Source: a virus. From it: 64,000 nucleotides of DNA. The notes beneath the pieces are model-generated. The model saw only the letters and a program-made list of their open reading frames with translations. It ran no database searches and had not been told where the DNA came from. Location of the stretch: positions 29,757 to 93,756 of the IMG/VR virus record IMGVR_UViG_3300045988_122031, one strand, 5' to 3'. Made by a program: the position numbers and the translations under genes. Below are positions 9,534-19,814 of this stretch, piece by piece; the stretch's first letter is position 1; every line of letters begins with the position of its first letter.

Positions 9534-10536
9534 CCCCTATCATTTTTATTTCGTTTTCTAATATGTAATTTAACTTTTCTTTTCCCAGATCAGACGGTGA
9601 TACTTTGTTGGGATACTCGCTTAAATTAAAATCCCAGTATCCTAACTCAATCTCAGCAAATCTTGAGTATCCTTTTACCATGTCAATATTTCTCATGATA
9701 TTCTCAATATCATAGCCAACGTCATGCATAAATATTACTTTTTTAGGATTTAATTCCAATAATAATTGCACCTGTTTCTTGCTGATTGTTCCACTGCCAA
9801 GTGCCACACAGTTTCTAATTCCATATGTAAAACACTGCATTACAGATTTCTCTGCCTCAAATATCAACACAACACCGTTGGCTAAATACTGATAATTCTG
9901 AGAATATCCATATAATGTTTGAGACATTTGACACGGAACATCGTAGAAATATTTCATTTCACCATCTTCAACGTCATAGTTAAATCTTTCTTTTACACCA
10001 ATTAGTTGTCCCAATTGATTTCTAATCGGAATTGCGATCCCTTGAGATGATGTATCAAACCGAATGCCAAAAGTTCTTTGTGCTTCAAGTGATATATTAT
10101 CTTTAAGGAATCTTAAATTCCCTACATTATTGTATTTATCTAATATAGATTCATCATAAGTTTGGATTCGAACTACATTGTGATTTCTAATCCTTTCATA
10201 AAATCCGCCAAAAATACCTTGTCTATCAAAGAAATCATAGTAATCAGTGATCCCTAAGATGTTTTTAACAACTCCTAAAACCTCTGCAAAATCAACTCCA
10301 CGTTGCTGCATAATATATGAAAACAAATCTTTTTGGATTGCTCTAGCATAATCATGCACAAACAACGCTTTGTTATTTTTCAGATTGATTACTATGGACT
10401 TCTTTGAAGAGACCTCATCTCGACCAAATGACATATATGTGTTTCTGATCACTACATGACAATAATCAAAATGCTCCAAGACTTCTCTTATTTTTTCAGG
10501 ATTAGACAATAGTTCTTTTTTTATATTGTCTAACAT
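9508..10536 (-). CDS. TOPRIM-domain DNA primase (DnaG-like catalytic core)
   Basis: LIFEAEKSVMQCFTYGIRNCVALGSGTISKKQVQLLLELNPKKVIFMHDVGYD has TOPRIM E...D.D spacing. It sits between the DnaB and RecJ genes. Confidence 0.55.
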   Translation of the reverse strand: MLDNIKKELLSNPEKIREVLEHFDYCHVVIRNTYMSFGRDEVSSKKSIVINLKNNKALFVHDYARAIQKDLFSYIMQQRGVDFAEVLGVVKNILGITDYYDFFDRQGIFGGFYERIRNHNVVRIQTYDESILDKYNNVGNLRFLKDNISLEAQRTFGIRFDTSSQGIAIPIRNQLGQLIGVKERFNYDVEDGEMKYFYDVPCQMSQTLYGYSQNYQYLANGVVLIFEAEKSVMQCFTYGIRNCVALGSGTISKKQVQLLLELNPKKVIFMHDVGYDIENIMRNIDMVKGYSRFAEIELGYWDFNLSEYPNKVSPSDLGKEKLNYILENEIKMIGDEDVEEEI

Positions 10537-10557
10537 ATATCACACCGCACATTTTAA

Positions 10558-12048
10558 TTATTTGATTTCTCCATGTTTAAATCTTGCCTGCGCAACCTCT
10601 CTAAAGATACAATGATCACCATCGAATTTAAGTAGATAACCAACTCCTGTATCTGATGAGTTTGAACCGCTTCGACATTTCTCAACAAATAAAGCTCTCC
10701 ACACCGCAGTACGATCAGGATGATATTCCTCCTCAATCCATTTGTCATTGACTTTTTTTAGCCTAAATGGACGGCAATAGAATTTGCTCTTTTCGTCAAG
10801 CTCTTCGTCATATACAGTCCTCATCAAGAAAAGATTCTCTAATACTTCTTTGATCTGTTTAGAGTTTGAAAGAACAGAACTATCAAGAAATAGCCTTCCT
10901 CTCATATACTCTGCTAACTGCACAGATGCCAGCATGATAATGTTGTATTTTTTTGCAAGTTTATCTAACTCTCGACTGTCATGAACCAAAGATAAGTCAG
11001 TACGATTGCCTTTAAAATCTCCTTCTTGAATCTTAAAAGTATCATACAACACTGTGTCATATCCATAGCGAAGTACATGTTCTCTAATTTTCTTCTTGAC
11101 AACAGTCATATCAGCATCGTTGATAAGTAAGAATTTCACTCTACCCTTATACTGTTCTCGCCATAACTGTTGCACGTCTTTTAGTTCTCTTCGGCTTGCA
11201 TCATCAATCTGTCCAGACATCATTTTCTTTTTTGTCAACTTAAAATAACGATTATGCTTCGCCAAAAGCCAAATCATAAACTTGACTTTAAATTTCTTTA
11301 CTTTTTCTTCATTTGAAATAATTAGCACTTTCCTATCATAGTTCAGTAACGCCATAAGCAAAGTAATAAACCATGTTGACTTACCTACACTACTGAATCC
11401 GCCCATCATAGTGAGTGTTCCCTCAAGAATACCCATTATCTGTCTGGATAAAAATGGAAAGCAGTTCATTTCTTCACCATTAATATCTATTCCTGCTACG
11501 TCAAAAGGAACTCCATTCTCTTCGCCCTCTACACAGGAATCAATAAAATCATCATCAAAATCTATTTCTTCTTCTTCCAGAATCTTACTGGAATATCCCG
11601 TACCATATGTACTTAGTCTTGCATCATACCAATCTGTAACTTCCTCGGCAGTCATTCTTCTGAAAAGTGTTACTGGTACGATTTTCTTGCCGTCAATGTC
11701 TATCTCTTTGAACAGGTTAAATCCATCATCATACATCTTCAGCATAGTGTTTTCTCTATACAGAATGTCGATATACACGTCAAAATTCTGCGTGTTAATA
11801 ATATCTATCTGATGTTGGATAGAATCCCATCCTCCCATGTCAGTGTATCTTTTTATAGCGTTCTCAGACAGGTTGGATAAAATCGTGATTTCATCCAGAG
11901 AATAAAAGCCCTGTTCACGTAATTTTTTGAGCATAGAAAAGTAAAAAAGCCCATCTTTTGTAATGAAATCGTGCTGTTCGAATGTGGTATCATCCAAAAG
12001 CAACATATCTTTAAAAAAACAACTGATTACATTTCCCTCTGCCTCCAT
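10558..12048 (-). CDS. dnaB: DnaB-like replicative DNA helicase
   Basis: Walker A GGFSSVGKSTWFITLLMAL, a RecA-like C-terminal domain and a DnaB-like N-terminal helical domain. It lies in the replication module. Confidence 0.8.
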   Translation of the reverse strand: MEAEGNVISCFFKDMLLLDDTTFEQHDFITKDGLFYFSMLKKLREQGFYSLDEITILSNLSENAIKRYTDMGGWDSIQHQIDIINTQNFDVYIDILYRENTMLKMYDDGFNLFKEIDIDGKKIVPVTLFRRMTAEEVTDWYDARLSTYGTGYSSKILEEEEIDFDDDFIDSCVEGEENGVPFDVAGIDINGEEMNCFPFLSRQIMGILEGTLTMMGGFSSVGKSTWFITLLMALLNYDRKVLIISNEEKVKKFKVKFMIWLLAKHNRYFKLTKKKMMSGQIDDASRRELKDVQQLWREQYKGRVKFLLINDADMTVVKKKIREHVLRYGYDTVLYDTFKIQEGDFKGNRTDLSLVHDSRELDKLAKKYNIIMLASVQLAEYMRGRLFLDSSVLSNSKQIKEVLENLFLMRTVYDEELDEKSKFYCRPFRLKKVNDKWIEEEYHPDRTAVWRALFVEKCRSGSNSSDTGVGYLLKFDGDHCIFREVAQARFKHGEIK

Positions 12049-12104
12049 GCGACCTTTTAATAATTTTGACGGATATTTGTCTTTAACTCCTGCAACAAAA
12101 TCTG

Positions 12105-12641
12105 CTATTCTTTCTCACCAACTTCCGTCAAAATATCGTCAATACATCTACGAGATTTCTTTTTCTTTTTGTATTTAGTTTTTTCGGCTCCGATATTTTC
12201 ATTGATCTGTTTGCTTACATCATGGTGCTTAACTGTAGCTTGTTTTCTCTGCGGAATCTTTTCGTCAGAATTCCTATAATCAACCAGACTATTTTTTAAA
12301 ATTGCTGAAAAGTATTTAATCTTAGCAAACTCGCTATTATATTCTCTCCCAACAATTCTTGTTAAATATTCTTGATTGTCATGCAAGTATTCTAATATCA
12401 ATTTAAACCCGTAGATCTTGCCGAGAGCATTTACTTCCTTATTTAATACAGTATTCGTCACCGTATATCCGAAAATATCATAAATACAATAATATGTATC
12501 ATTCCTATTTTTGCGGTTTTCCATCATTTTGTTATACTCAGCTTCTGAGCAGTAGTAGGCATTTGGTTTACCTTCTACTGCTACTTTAAAAGCTTCGTTT
12601 CTGTCTACTTTTTTGCCGCAAATTCTACATTTTACAAGCAT
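12105..12641 (-). CDS. Hypothetical protein with an N-terminal CxxC zinc-ribbon
   Basis: MLVKCRICGKKVDRNE...YYCSEAEY. No recognisable catalytic motif. Confidence 0.5.
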   Translation of the reverse strand: MLVKCRICGKKVDRNEAFKVAVEGKPNAYYCSEAEYNKMMENRKNRNDTYYCIYDIFGYTVTNTVLNKEVNALGKIYGFKLILEYLHDNQEYLTRIVGREYNSEFAKIKYFSAILKNSLVDYRNSDEKIPQRKQATVKHHDVSKQINENIGAEKTKYKKKKKSRRCIDDILTEVGEKE

Positions 12642-12652
12642 TATTCAGACTC

Positions 12653-13816
12653 CTATTTCAGCAGATCATACATTTCTTTTAATCCATCATCATCAACTTC
12701 GCTAAGTTTTCCATACTGCTTAATGATGCCTTTAACTTTTGTTTTTAAATCTGCGTCTCCACAAGTTTTATATAATTCTTTTACATGTTCTCTTAAATCT
12801 TCTGGGTAGTCATCTGATACGTCTTCATCAATGACATCTTCCATTAAATCTTCGTCAGCTTCTACAACATCATCTTCAATAACATCGTCAACGTCTTCCT
12901 CGATCTCATCTTCTGGCTCTGGCTGAGGTGTTGGCTTAACAACTGCATTTTTAACAACTTTTTTCTTCTTTTTAGAATTCTGAATCGCATCTTTTAAAGC
13001 TTTAATCAACTCATCAGAATCAAGTGGAATTTCATCAACAATTCCTGAAAATCTTGATTTGCTATCTACTGAATAAGAATCATCTCTAAATACAATTTTA
13101 CGTTTTTCATCTTTGATCTTATTTACCGTAATCTCTTTTTTAGTGATAATATCTTTTCTTCCTGTTCCTTCTGCCTCAATAGAACGATCAAGGCAGGCTA
13201 CTCCGACAATATGTACTTTAGTTTTAAAATCATTAAAGTATCTCTGAGCAAGATTAGATGTTAATGTCGTGTAAGAAGCACTTGTTACTGGATCTACGAT
13301 ATCTTTTGTTTTTGAATGACATGTATACCATACTCTTACTCCGACTTTTCTTAATGCTCTAACCTGATCATAGATCATATTAAATACAACATCATATCCT
13401 GCTCCGAACCCACCTTCAACACTGTTTAATGTTTTAGCCTTTTTAAAGTTCTTGTTTTTCATATTTTCTCTATTCCAATTTTCAATAGCCTTTTTCTGTG
13501 TTAGGTCAATTAACTGATCAAGAGTATCTATAATCATGACCTTTAAATTTGGATATTCTGTTTTTTTATTTTTAATAATGTCATTACAGATTTCTACAAA
13601 CTTTTTGAAATTTGGAACATCTTCATATGTAACGTCATCAATAGCGGAAACACCTTCTTCATCTCCTGTGTTTAATAATAGATATCCATCTTCTCCAAAT
13701 TCTTTTTCGCAAACCTCACTAATAACTGTTGTTTTACCGATTCCAGATTCTCCACAGATCATAAGTGAATAATCATATAAATTGTCACTAATTTTACTTC
13801 TTTTACCGTATGCCAT
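12653..13816 (-). CDS. AAA_24/Sak4-like RecA-fold ATPase with an acidic C-terminal tail (recombination or helicase-loading candidate)
   Basis: Walker A ICGESGIGKTT and Walker B MIIDTLDQL. The C-terminus is very acidic (EPEDEIEEDVDDVIEDDVVEADEDLMEDVIDEDVSDDYPED). Confidence 0.6.
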   Translation of the reverse strand: MAYGKRSKISDNLYDYSLMICGESGIGKTTVISEVCEKEFGEDGYLLLNTGDEEGVSAIDDVTYEDVPNFKKFVEICNDIIKNKKTEYPNLKVMIIDTLDQLIDLTQKKAIENWNRENMKNKNFKKAKTLNSVEGGFGAGYDVVFNMIYDQVRALRKVGVRVWYTCHSKTKDIVDPVTSASYTTLTSNLAQRYFNDFKTKVHIVGVACLDRSIEAEGTGRKDIITKKEITVNKIKDEKRKIVFRDDSYSVDSKSRFSGIVDEIPLDSDELIKALKDAIQNSKKKKKVVKNAVVKPTPQPEPEDEIEEDVDDVIEDDVVEADEDLMEDVIDEDVSDDYPEDLREHVKELYKTCGDADLKTKVKGIIKQYGKLSEVDDDGLKEMYDLLK

Positions 13817-13894
13817 ATATATAATTTCTCCTTTTAAAGACAGTGTTTTGTTTCATAAATCATCAAGCGAGTAAAGAGCTAAAAGCTCTAAACT

Positions 13895-15133
13895 CTAATC
13901 AAATAAATCATCATCGTTATCATCATCGACTGATTCTTCTGAGAACAAATCTTCGTTTTCATCAATCTCTAATGCAGGCACTTCCATATCTTCTGCTGTA
14001 TAAACAGTGTCCTGAACGCCTTCTTTGATGCCGTTGCGTGATGGTTTAATTAGCTGATACTCTTTGACTTTATCTCCATAAGCACTTCCGCCAATCGCCT
14101 TTTGAATCTCCTCCATAGTAATGATTCCACATTCAAGATCATCCCTCTGTTCTTCTGAGAGCATGTCCTCTGTAAGTTCTACACGCTGAGAACCATTGAT
14201 CATATCTACGACAATGCCGTATTCCATGTATTTGTCTTCATCGTCGACAATGAATTTTCTCTTTAAGCCATTAGCCTTCTTGTATCCGCTTTCGTCTTTT
14301 TCTTTATCAGGAACTGGAATAACAACTGTTGTTGGAACGGCTAATTTTTTCTTTCTGCTCTGGATGTATTCAAAGACAAATCCATTAACGTAATATTTAC
14401 CGTCTTCCTCAACACTTGTTTCGTCTAAGCTCTCAGCTCCAAATACAAAACTCATTGTTGCTGTAGAATATGGTTCATCATCATCTGCTGCGAGATAAAT
14501 TCTGTTAGGAATTAGATTCTCATAAAATCTTTCTTTGTCATCAGAATATGAATAATCTCCACGTCCTCTGATATGGAAATTGCAATCATCATATTTGCCA
14601 CTATCAATGACTTTTTTGATAAATTCTGCGTAATCCCATTCAGAGATAAACTCATGATGTCTCTTTTTGCTCTTTTCGTACTCTTTTTCAAGCTCATCTA
14701 CGGACGTTAATCCAACTTCGGCAAGATCTTTATCCGTAATATCTTTACCTTCTTTGATTTTTTCTAAGGCATTTTTTAATTTGTATCTTCTTCCTGGTTT
14801 TTCTAGGTCAAAAACAAATTTTCTGAAATCTGATACTTCTTCCAGTTTTGGAGATGTTAATCTGTCTTTAAAAGGAATCTGAATTTTTTCTCCATCTTTG
14901 ATTTTCTTACCACTTGGGTCGTATTCTGGTTTGGAATATGTATAGACATCACCGTGTCCATCTTCGAAACTTCCTGCATCAACAGTTAACATATGTCTAC
15001 TGTCACCGCATGTCACATTAAATAACAGTCTTCTTCGTACCCAGCCTGACTTTTCATATTTTGTCTCACTGTAAGGGTGAAATTTTTCTGTGTCCTTGCT
15101 AATGCTGAGCTTCCCTGTCATTTCAAAATTCAT
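13895..15133 (-). CDS. Putative single-stranded-DNA-binding-type protein with an acidic C-terminal tail
   Basis: 412 aa. The C-terminus (EESVDDDNDDDLFD) resembles SSB acidic tails. It is the first gene of the replication module; the assignment is positional and weak. Confidence 0.35.
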   Translation of the reverse strand: MNFEMTGKLSISKDTEKFHPYSETKYEKSGWVRRRLLFNVTCGDSRHMLTVDAGSFEDGHGDVYTYSKPEYDPSGKKIKDGEKIQIPFKDRLTSPKLEEVSDFRKFVFDLEKPGRRYKLKNALEKIKEGKDITDKDLAEVGLTSVDELEKEYEKSKKRHHEFISEWDYAEFIKKVIDSGKYDDCNFHIRGRGDYSYSDDKERFYENLIPNRIYLAADDDEPYSTATMSFVFGAESLDETSVEEDGKYYVNGFVFEYIQSRKKKLAVPTTVVIPVPDKEKDESGYKKANGLKRKFIVDDEDKYMEYGIVVDMINGSQRVELTEDMLSEEQRDDLECGIITMEEIQKAIGGSAYGDKVKEYQLIKPSRNGIKEGVQDTVYTAEDMEVPALEIDENEDLFSEESVDDDNDDDLFD

Positions 15134-15304
15134 TAAATAGAATTCCTCCTCTTGTTATTAAATTTGTTTAGTTAGTTTTTAGTTTGTAAATAAGTCATCA
15201 ATTTATATCCACTGTCAACTCTGCCAAAGTCAACAGGAACAAAAAATAATTTTATCTGATCGGCTTATATTGTTATAATCGTTCTATTACATTTATAACA
15301 AATG

Positions 15305-15346
15305 CGTCAAAAAAATAATAAAAGTTGTTTGCGTTATTCAACTTTT
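15305..15346 (-). terminator. Rho-independent terminator after the sigma factor gene
   Basis: On the minus strand AAAAGTTG-(11 nt)-CAACTTTT is followed by AUUAUUUUUUUGA. Confidence 0.55.
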
Positions 15347-15887
15347 ATAATCTGGAAAATGTTGTTGATCGCATTTTTTTAATCTTTTGTTGTATCGCTT
15401 GAAATGATGTACCAAACATTTTTGCAATTTCTTGATATGTATAACCTTTTGATTTTAAATCAACAATCATTCTGTCCTTATTATTTAGTGTGTAACATTT
15501 ATCTTGAAAATTCAACTTGAAAATAATATTTTTTTCAAAATTTTCTTCATCCTTTAAAAAAAATGAATTTTCATTTTTGTCTTCATCCCAATCATCTAAC
15601 ATATGATTATATGAAATAGTATTCATATCACCCTTTCTTCTCTGCCGAAATCTGTATTTGTTATATACCGTTATTTCATTTTGTATACATAAATACGCAT
15701 ATGTCGAAAATGATTTAGATCGTGTTTTATCATAATCAATTGCTGCCTTACACAACCCAATAGCAGCGAATCCATAATAGTCATCAAAATCTTGTCTGCG
15801 GACACCGCATTTTGTCATAGCAGAGTAAATCAAATTATGATTTTGTTCTACCAATTTTCTCTGTTCGTCATTTAATTTCAACGACAT
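15345..15887 (-). CDS. Phage sigma-70 family RNA polymerase sigma factor (regions 2 and 4)
   Basis: MSLKLNDEQRKLVEQNHNLIYSAM...GLCKAAIDYD (region 2) and YTYQEIAKMFGTSFQAIQQKIKKM (region 4 HTH). It is a paralog of 21909..22460. Confidence 0.75.
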   Translation of the reverse strand: MSLKLNDEQRKLVEQNHNLIYSAMTKCGVRRQDFDDYYGFAAIGLCKAAIDYDKTRSKSFSTYAYLCIQNEITVYNKYRFRQRRKGDMNTISYNHMLDDWDEDKNENSFFLKDEENFEKNIIFKLNFQDKCYTLNNKDRMIVDLKSKGYTYQEIAKMFGTSFQAIQQKIKKMRSTTFSRL

Positions 15888-15916
15888 TTTCTCCTTTATT
15901 TACTTGTGTTTATGTG

Positions 15917-16192
15917 TTAATCATGAACAAATGGTTCCCATTCTCTGGGTGGAGCATTTAGCTTCCAATATTTCGGTAATGAAACTCTTACCCTGCAACC
16001 TCTAACTACATTATAAAAATCACAATTTAAGCAATTCTCATAATCGACACTTCTACTTCCCATATCATGAACTCTGTTTGCCTTACAGATATTTTGAACT
16101 ACGCTTAAAGCATCATATATCTCATCAGGTGTATACTCTTTATAATTTTTCTCGCTCACAATATCACCTCCTACTTCTTGAATGCTCGCCAT
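15917..16192 (-). CDS. Small Cys-rich (putative zinc-binding) protein, paralog A
   Basis: YTPDEIYDALSVVQNICK...CLNCDF...RGCR shares an N-terminal TPxEIxxAL.V.Q..C motif with 16171..16404. Confidence 0.5.
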   Translation of the reverse strand: MASIQEVGGDIVSEKNYKEYTPDEIYDALSVVQNICKANRVHDMGSRSVDYENCLNCDFYNVVRGCRVRVSLPKYWKLNAPPREWEPFVHD

Positions 16193-16404
16193 ATAGTATC
16201 TGGATCATCATCAATTTCCCAATTACAAGGGTCAAGGTCTCTAGGTGTACAAGTCGGGGCTTCGCCCATCATCGTGCATAAAGGACAGGCTTTACAATCT
16301 TCGTCTGCTCCATCAAGATGGTATTCGCACGTATCCTGAATCACATGCAGTGCATTTAAAATTTCTTTTGGCGTATGTAATTTACTTTTCTTTTCTTTCT
16401 CCAT
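16171..16404 (-). CDS. Small Cys-rich (putative zinc-binding) protein, paralog B
   Basis: Start reassigned to MEKEKK (RBS AAGGAG 7 nt upstream). HTPKEILNALHVIQDTCEYH...CKACPLC...C. Confidence 0.5.
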   Translation of the reverse strand: MEKEKKSKLHTPKEILNALHVIQDTCEYHLDGADEDCKACPLCTMMGEAPTCTPRDLDPCNWEIDDDPDTIWRAFKK

Positions 16405-16891
16405 TATATTTCTCCTTAATTGTATCAATTGCAAACTGCAACGCCTCATCTTGAATTGTTGTATAATCATTTATGGAAATCATATCATTTAATACATGGA
16501 TGTACTGTGCCGCATTGGTTTTAGTAGATAGTAGCTTTTCGGAATCTCGATTCTCTATATCATTCACAGTCAATGTATCGCACGCATTAAGACACGAATC
16601 CACCAATTCGTTCCATAACGACAAAACAAAATATCTCGCTGCAATCGGATGACGTTTTAGTTCATCAACTAGCGGTTTCGTCAGTTGAAACGTATCAAGA
16701 AAACTACATATATTATAATATTTTCGAAGTATATGATCTTGCTTATTTGATGATTCAACCTCGCCTATTGAAAGTGCTAAACTATTTCTTAATTCTTCTA
16801 ACTGCCCGTATGTAAATACTTTATTATTTTCTTTTTTCACTCTGTCTTTCCCATTCCTTTCTCCAATAATCATCTTCTTTGATATTGCCAA
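16382..16891 (-). CDS. Hypothetical protein
   Basis: 169-aa ORF on the coding strand of the operon. Confidence 0.5.
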   Translation of the reverse strand: MAISKKMIIGERNGKDRVKKENNKVFTYGQLEELRNSLALSIGEVESSNKQDHILRKYYNICSFLDTFQLTKPLVDELKRHPIAARYFVLSLWNELVDSCLNACDTLTVNDIENRDSEKLLSTKTNAAQYIHVLNDMISINDYTTIQDEALQFAIDTIKEKYNGERKEK

Positions 16892-17465
16892 GTTTCACAT
16901 ATTGATCTGGTTTAATTTCTCCTAAATCAATCATATCAGAACCATAAACAGATAACATCTGCCACGCCAAATCTTCATCATTATAAATAATCAAATATAC
17001 GTCTTCGTCATCATCAACCAATTGTACAACATCATATTCGAATTCATTTTCTCTGCCAGTTGATTGACAAATGGTATCTTCTTTTACTTGACACCCATAC
17101 ATACCACTATGGTCTGCTGGTTCACATCTTGGGAATAATAACCATCCTTTACCGATGTATGTCCCAGTAATCCACTTATTAGTATCATAATTCTGTGCCT
17201 TGCAGTATATACCACAATTTTGATAGGTTTGATTCATTGCTAAATTCCCCTTTCGCTCTTTTGTAATCCGATATACTCTGTCCATAGCTTCCATGTTATG
17301 ATCATGTACCTCTGGAATAAAAATTTCCCTTCCACAAATCTTACAAATACCATATGTCTCTGCAAACGAAATTCTTTCACCTATCATTGGAACAATTGTA
17401 AACCTTGTTTCAAGTTCATAATCAACTAGCTTTCGACAATATGCGCACAAAAGTTTCTTCTCCAT
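16824..17465 (-). CDS. Hypothetical protein with N-terminal Cys pairs (zinc-ribbon-like)
   Basis: CAYCRKLV...CKICGREI. Confidence 0.5.
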   Translation of the reverse strand: MEKKLLCAYCRKLVDYELETRFTIVPMIGERISFAETYGICKICGREIFIPEVHDHNMEAMDRVYRITKERKGNLAMNQTYQNCGIYCKAQNYDTNKWITGTYIGKGWLLFPRCEPADHSGMYGCQVKEDTICQSTGRENEFEYDVVQLVDDDEDVYLIIYNDEDLAWQMLSVYGSDMIDLGEIKPDQYVKLGNIKEDDYWRKEWERQSEKRK

Positions 17466-17470
17466 CTACA

Positions 17471-17866
17471 TTACTCTCCTAACTCAATCCCACAAATTTC
17501 TTTCGCCAGTTCTCTTACCGCAACACGTTCTTCACAAACACAATATCCATCATCTTCATCAATTGTAAGATCATTATTGTACATGAATTTTAGTAACTCT
17601 TCTAAGGTATGAATATCTTTTTTGACTTCATTTACCTTGGCATAAAACTCTCGTTTTAGAACCGCTTTTATTTCTGATTCAGTGCGATATATCTCTTCTA
17701 AAAGAACCATATATAAACCATGCGTTATACTGTCTTGTATCATTACATATATTAGATCGCCAAGACATTTAATCTCCGTAATGATTCCAGACTTAACAGT
17801 ATATGGTTCATCGTACCAAGCAAAATACACTTCGTTTCCAACTTTGAAATCGCCCATCTTTATCAC
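17471..17866 (-). CDS. Hypothetical protein
   Basis: 131-aa ORF. Confidence 0.5.
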   Translation of the reverse strand: MIKMGDFKVGNEVYFAWYDEPYTVKSGIITEIKCLGDLIYVMIQDSITHGLYMVLLEEIYRTESEIKAVLKREFYAKVNEVKKDIHTLEELLKFMYNNDLTIDEDDGYCVCEERVAVRELAKEICGIELGE

Positions 17867-17872
17867 CTCTTT

Positions 17873-18076
17873 CTAACACCAAGCCCACAAAATTACTCCA
17901 ATTAAGCATGATACATGGAACATAACCCATAAGAAAAATATCCTACATTCAGTTAAATCCCAATTATATGAATCATCACAACCAGTAATTATGAACCAAA
18001 CCCAAGCAGCTACATACAACAATACGCACACAGCAATTGAAAATATTCTGATTGTTAATTTAACATTATCTATCAT
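17873..18076 (-). CDS. Small hydrophobic membrane protein
   Basis: Two predicted TM segments (FSIAVCVLLYVAAWVWFIITG; FLWVMFHVSCLIGVILWAW). Confidence 0.4.
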   Translation of the reverse strand: MIDNVKLTIRIFSIAVCVLLYVAAWVWFIITGCDDSYNWDLTECRIFFLWVMFHVSCLIGVILWAWC

Positions 18077-18085
18077 TGCATCCTA

Positions 18086-18625
18086 CTATTCATTGACTTC
18101 AACTGGCTCTAATGTGTCTTTATTTTTAACAAAATCCAACATGACTTCTTCTTGTATATCTTCATATAATTTGTCATAGTATGTTTTCTTTAATTTAAAA
18201 AATGCTACTTTCAAATCTTCACAATAAAACCTACCTCTTTGCCCATTTTTAATTTGCCGATAAGGATTTTCAGGGTGCTCATACACAACAGAAATTGTTC
18301 CATCTCCATCATATGTAGTCTCCATCGAAATACTACCATTCTTAAGAGCATGATACATAACCTGATTATCTTCAATAAACCCATATGGATGCCACTCATA
18401 ATCATCAGGAATAACAGTTGGTTCAATAACATCAAAATATTTCTCTAATTCATCTCCAGACATCACACCAAGATGCACTCCATTCGCACCAAATCTAAAA
18501 TTGATAACATTTTCATCTGTATCAATCTTAACAATCTCGCATACCTCGCCAAGATTATCGAAGCATCCCATTGGTTTCTTTAATTTAATCTTATGGTCTG
18601 TTGTCAATTCATTAATATTAATCAT
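18086..18625 (-). CDS. Hypothetical protein
   Basis: 179-aa ORF. Confidence 0.5.
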   Translation of the reverse strand: MININELTTDHKIKLKKPMGCFDNLGEVCEIVKIDTDENVINFRFGANGVHLGVMSGDELEKYFDVIEPTVIPDDYEWHPYGFIEDNQVMYHALKNGSISMETTYDGDGTISVVYEHPENPYRQIKNGQRGRFYCEDLKVAFFKLKKTYYDKLYEDIQEEVMLDFVKNKDTLEPVEVNE

Positions 18626-19653
18626 ACTGCCACCTTACCTTTCTTGCTAAAATGTTCATTCCATGCATCGACCGCTTCTTGCTGATCAGCGGTTAGAGGA
18701 TCATTGAATCTTTGCAGTGCTTGTACGATTCGTCCATTTTGTATTTCAATCGTCACTAACGATTTTTCTGGTTCTTTTACTCTTCTCAAGAACATAATAT
18801 GGCATTCGCCATCAATGACTCGATCTATGTAACTTGCCACACAATTATTCTGCTGTACCGCTTCGTCTTTAATGTCTTGAGTGGAGTCTGGATAAAAGAA
18901 TCTCAGTCCTTTATATGTAAATTCGTATTCTTTATTAATACGGCTCTTAAAGACTTCTTCCGAAAATTCTTTTTGTAATCTTTTGTAATTTCTTGTGACA
19001 ATATCCATTGTTGTTTTGAAATGTCTTGGATATCTATCAAATTTATGACTGATTGCGTCCATCATACGGGCATAATCACGCAATTCTCTGAGCAACCAAT
19101 TTATAGCAACAATTGCTTCAAACGTCATTATCTTATCCATATAAACAAATACATCTGCGAGATTATATCCATAATCCTTATTTAAAGACGTTAATATTTC
19201 CATATAATAATCTGTGCTACGATTAGCAAAAAAGAACATTAAGTCGGATTGAGTCACTGTCATATATTGTGTTTGAAGAATTGTTTGAACATAATCTGGA
19301 TATTTTTTGTAAAAATCAACAAACTTGTTATTTAATAAGCGGTTCATCTTCACACCAATACAATAATTTCTTAACCATTTTGGTACTTCATTAATTGAAT
19401 ATCTGAAATCTTCTGCAATTTGTTTGTGCGTAAACCCTATAGCGAAGAACTGCTCACATACTGAATATTGACTTGCATATTCAAACAAAGTTCCCAAATT
19501 ATAATCAATGAAGCCACATGTAGTTCTTCCCATTTCACAATTTCTTCGCCAATTTACATATTTTAGAAACTCTGCATAATGTGGATCGGACACAAACAAT
19601 TTATCCAATTCATCAGCTGAATGTCCAGACAGAATATTATTTAAAGCTTTCAC
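18622..19653 (-). CDS. Hypothetical protein (start uncertain; the in-frame upstream extension has no canonical start codon)
   Basis: 343-aa ORF from a GTG. A protein-like in-frame sequence continues upstream to 19767. Confidence 0.5.
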   Translation of the reverse strand: MKALNNILSGHSADELDKLFVSDPHYAEFLKYVNWRRNCEMGRTTCGFIDYNLGTLFEYASQYSVCEQFFAIGFTHKQIAEDFRYSINEVPKWLRNYCIGVKMNRLLNNKFVDFYKKYPDYVQTILQTQYMTVTQSDLMFFFANRSTDYYMEILTSLNKDYGYNLADVFVYMDKIMTFEAIVAINWLLRELRDYARMMDAISHKFDRYPRHFKTTMDIVTRNYKRLQKEFSEEVFKSRINKEYEFTYKGLRFFYPDSTQDIKDEAVQQNNCVASYIDRVIDGECHIMFLRRVKEPEKSLVTIEIQNGRIVQALQRFNDPLTADQQEAVDAWNEHFSKKGKVAV

Positions 19654-19814
19654 TTTCTTACCACTTTTGCCATAACAATCACCATTTGATAAATCATATT
19701 TGCAAGTTTTACCATCATCCAGATGGAAAATAATAAACTTGCCTTGTTTTTCTGCTGTGATAGTGCTTCAACTCCTTTCATTTTGCCTCAAATTCCTATT
19801 TTATATCATTGCAT

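Noticed and set aside
10554-10748. 64-aa minus-strand ORF overlapping the DnaB C-terminus
   Set aside because: It is an alternative frame nested inside the DnaB gene. No independent start signal.
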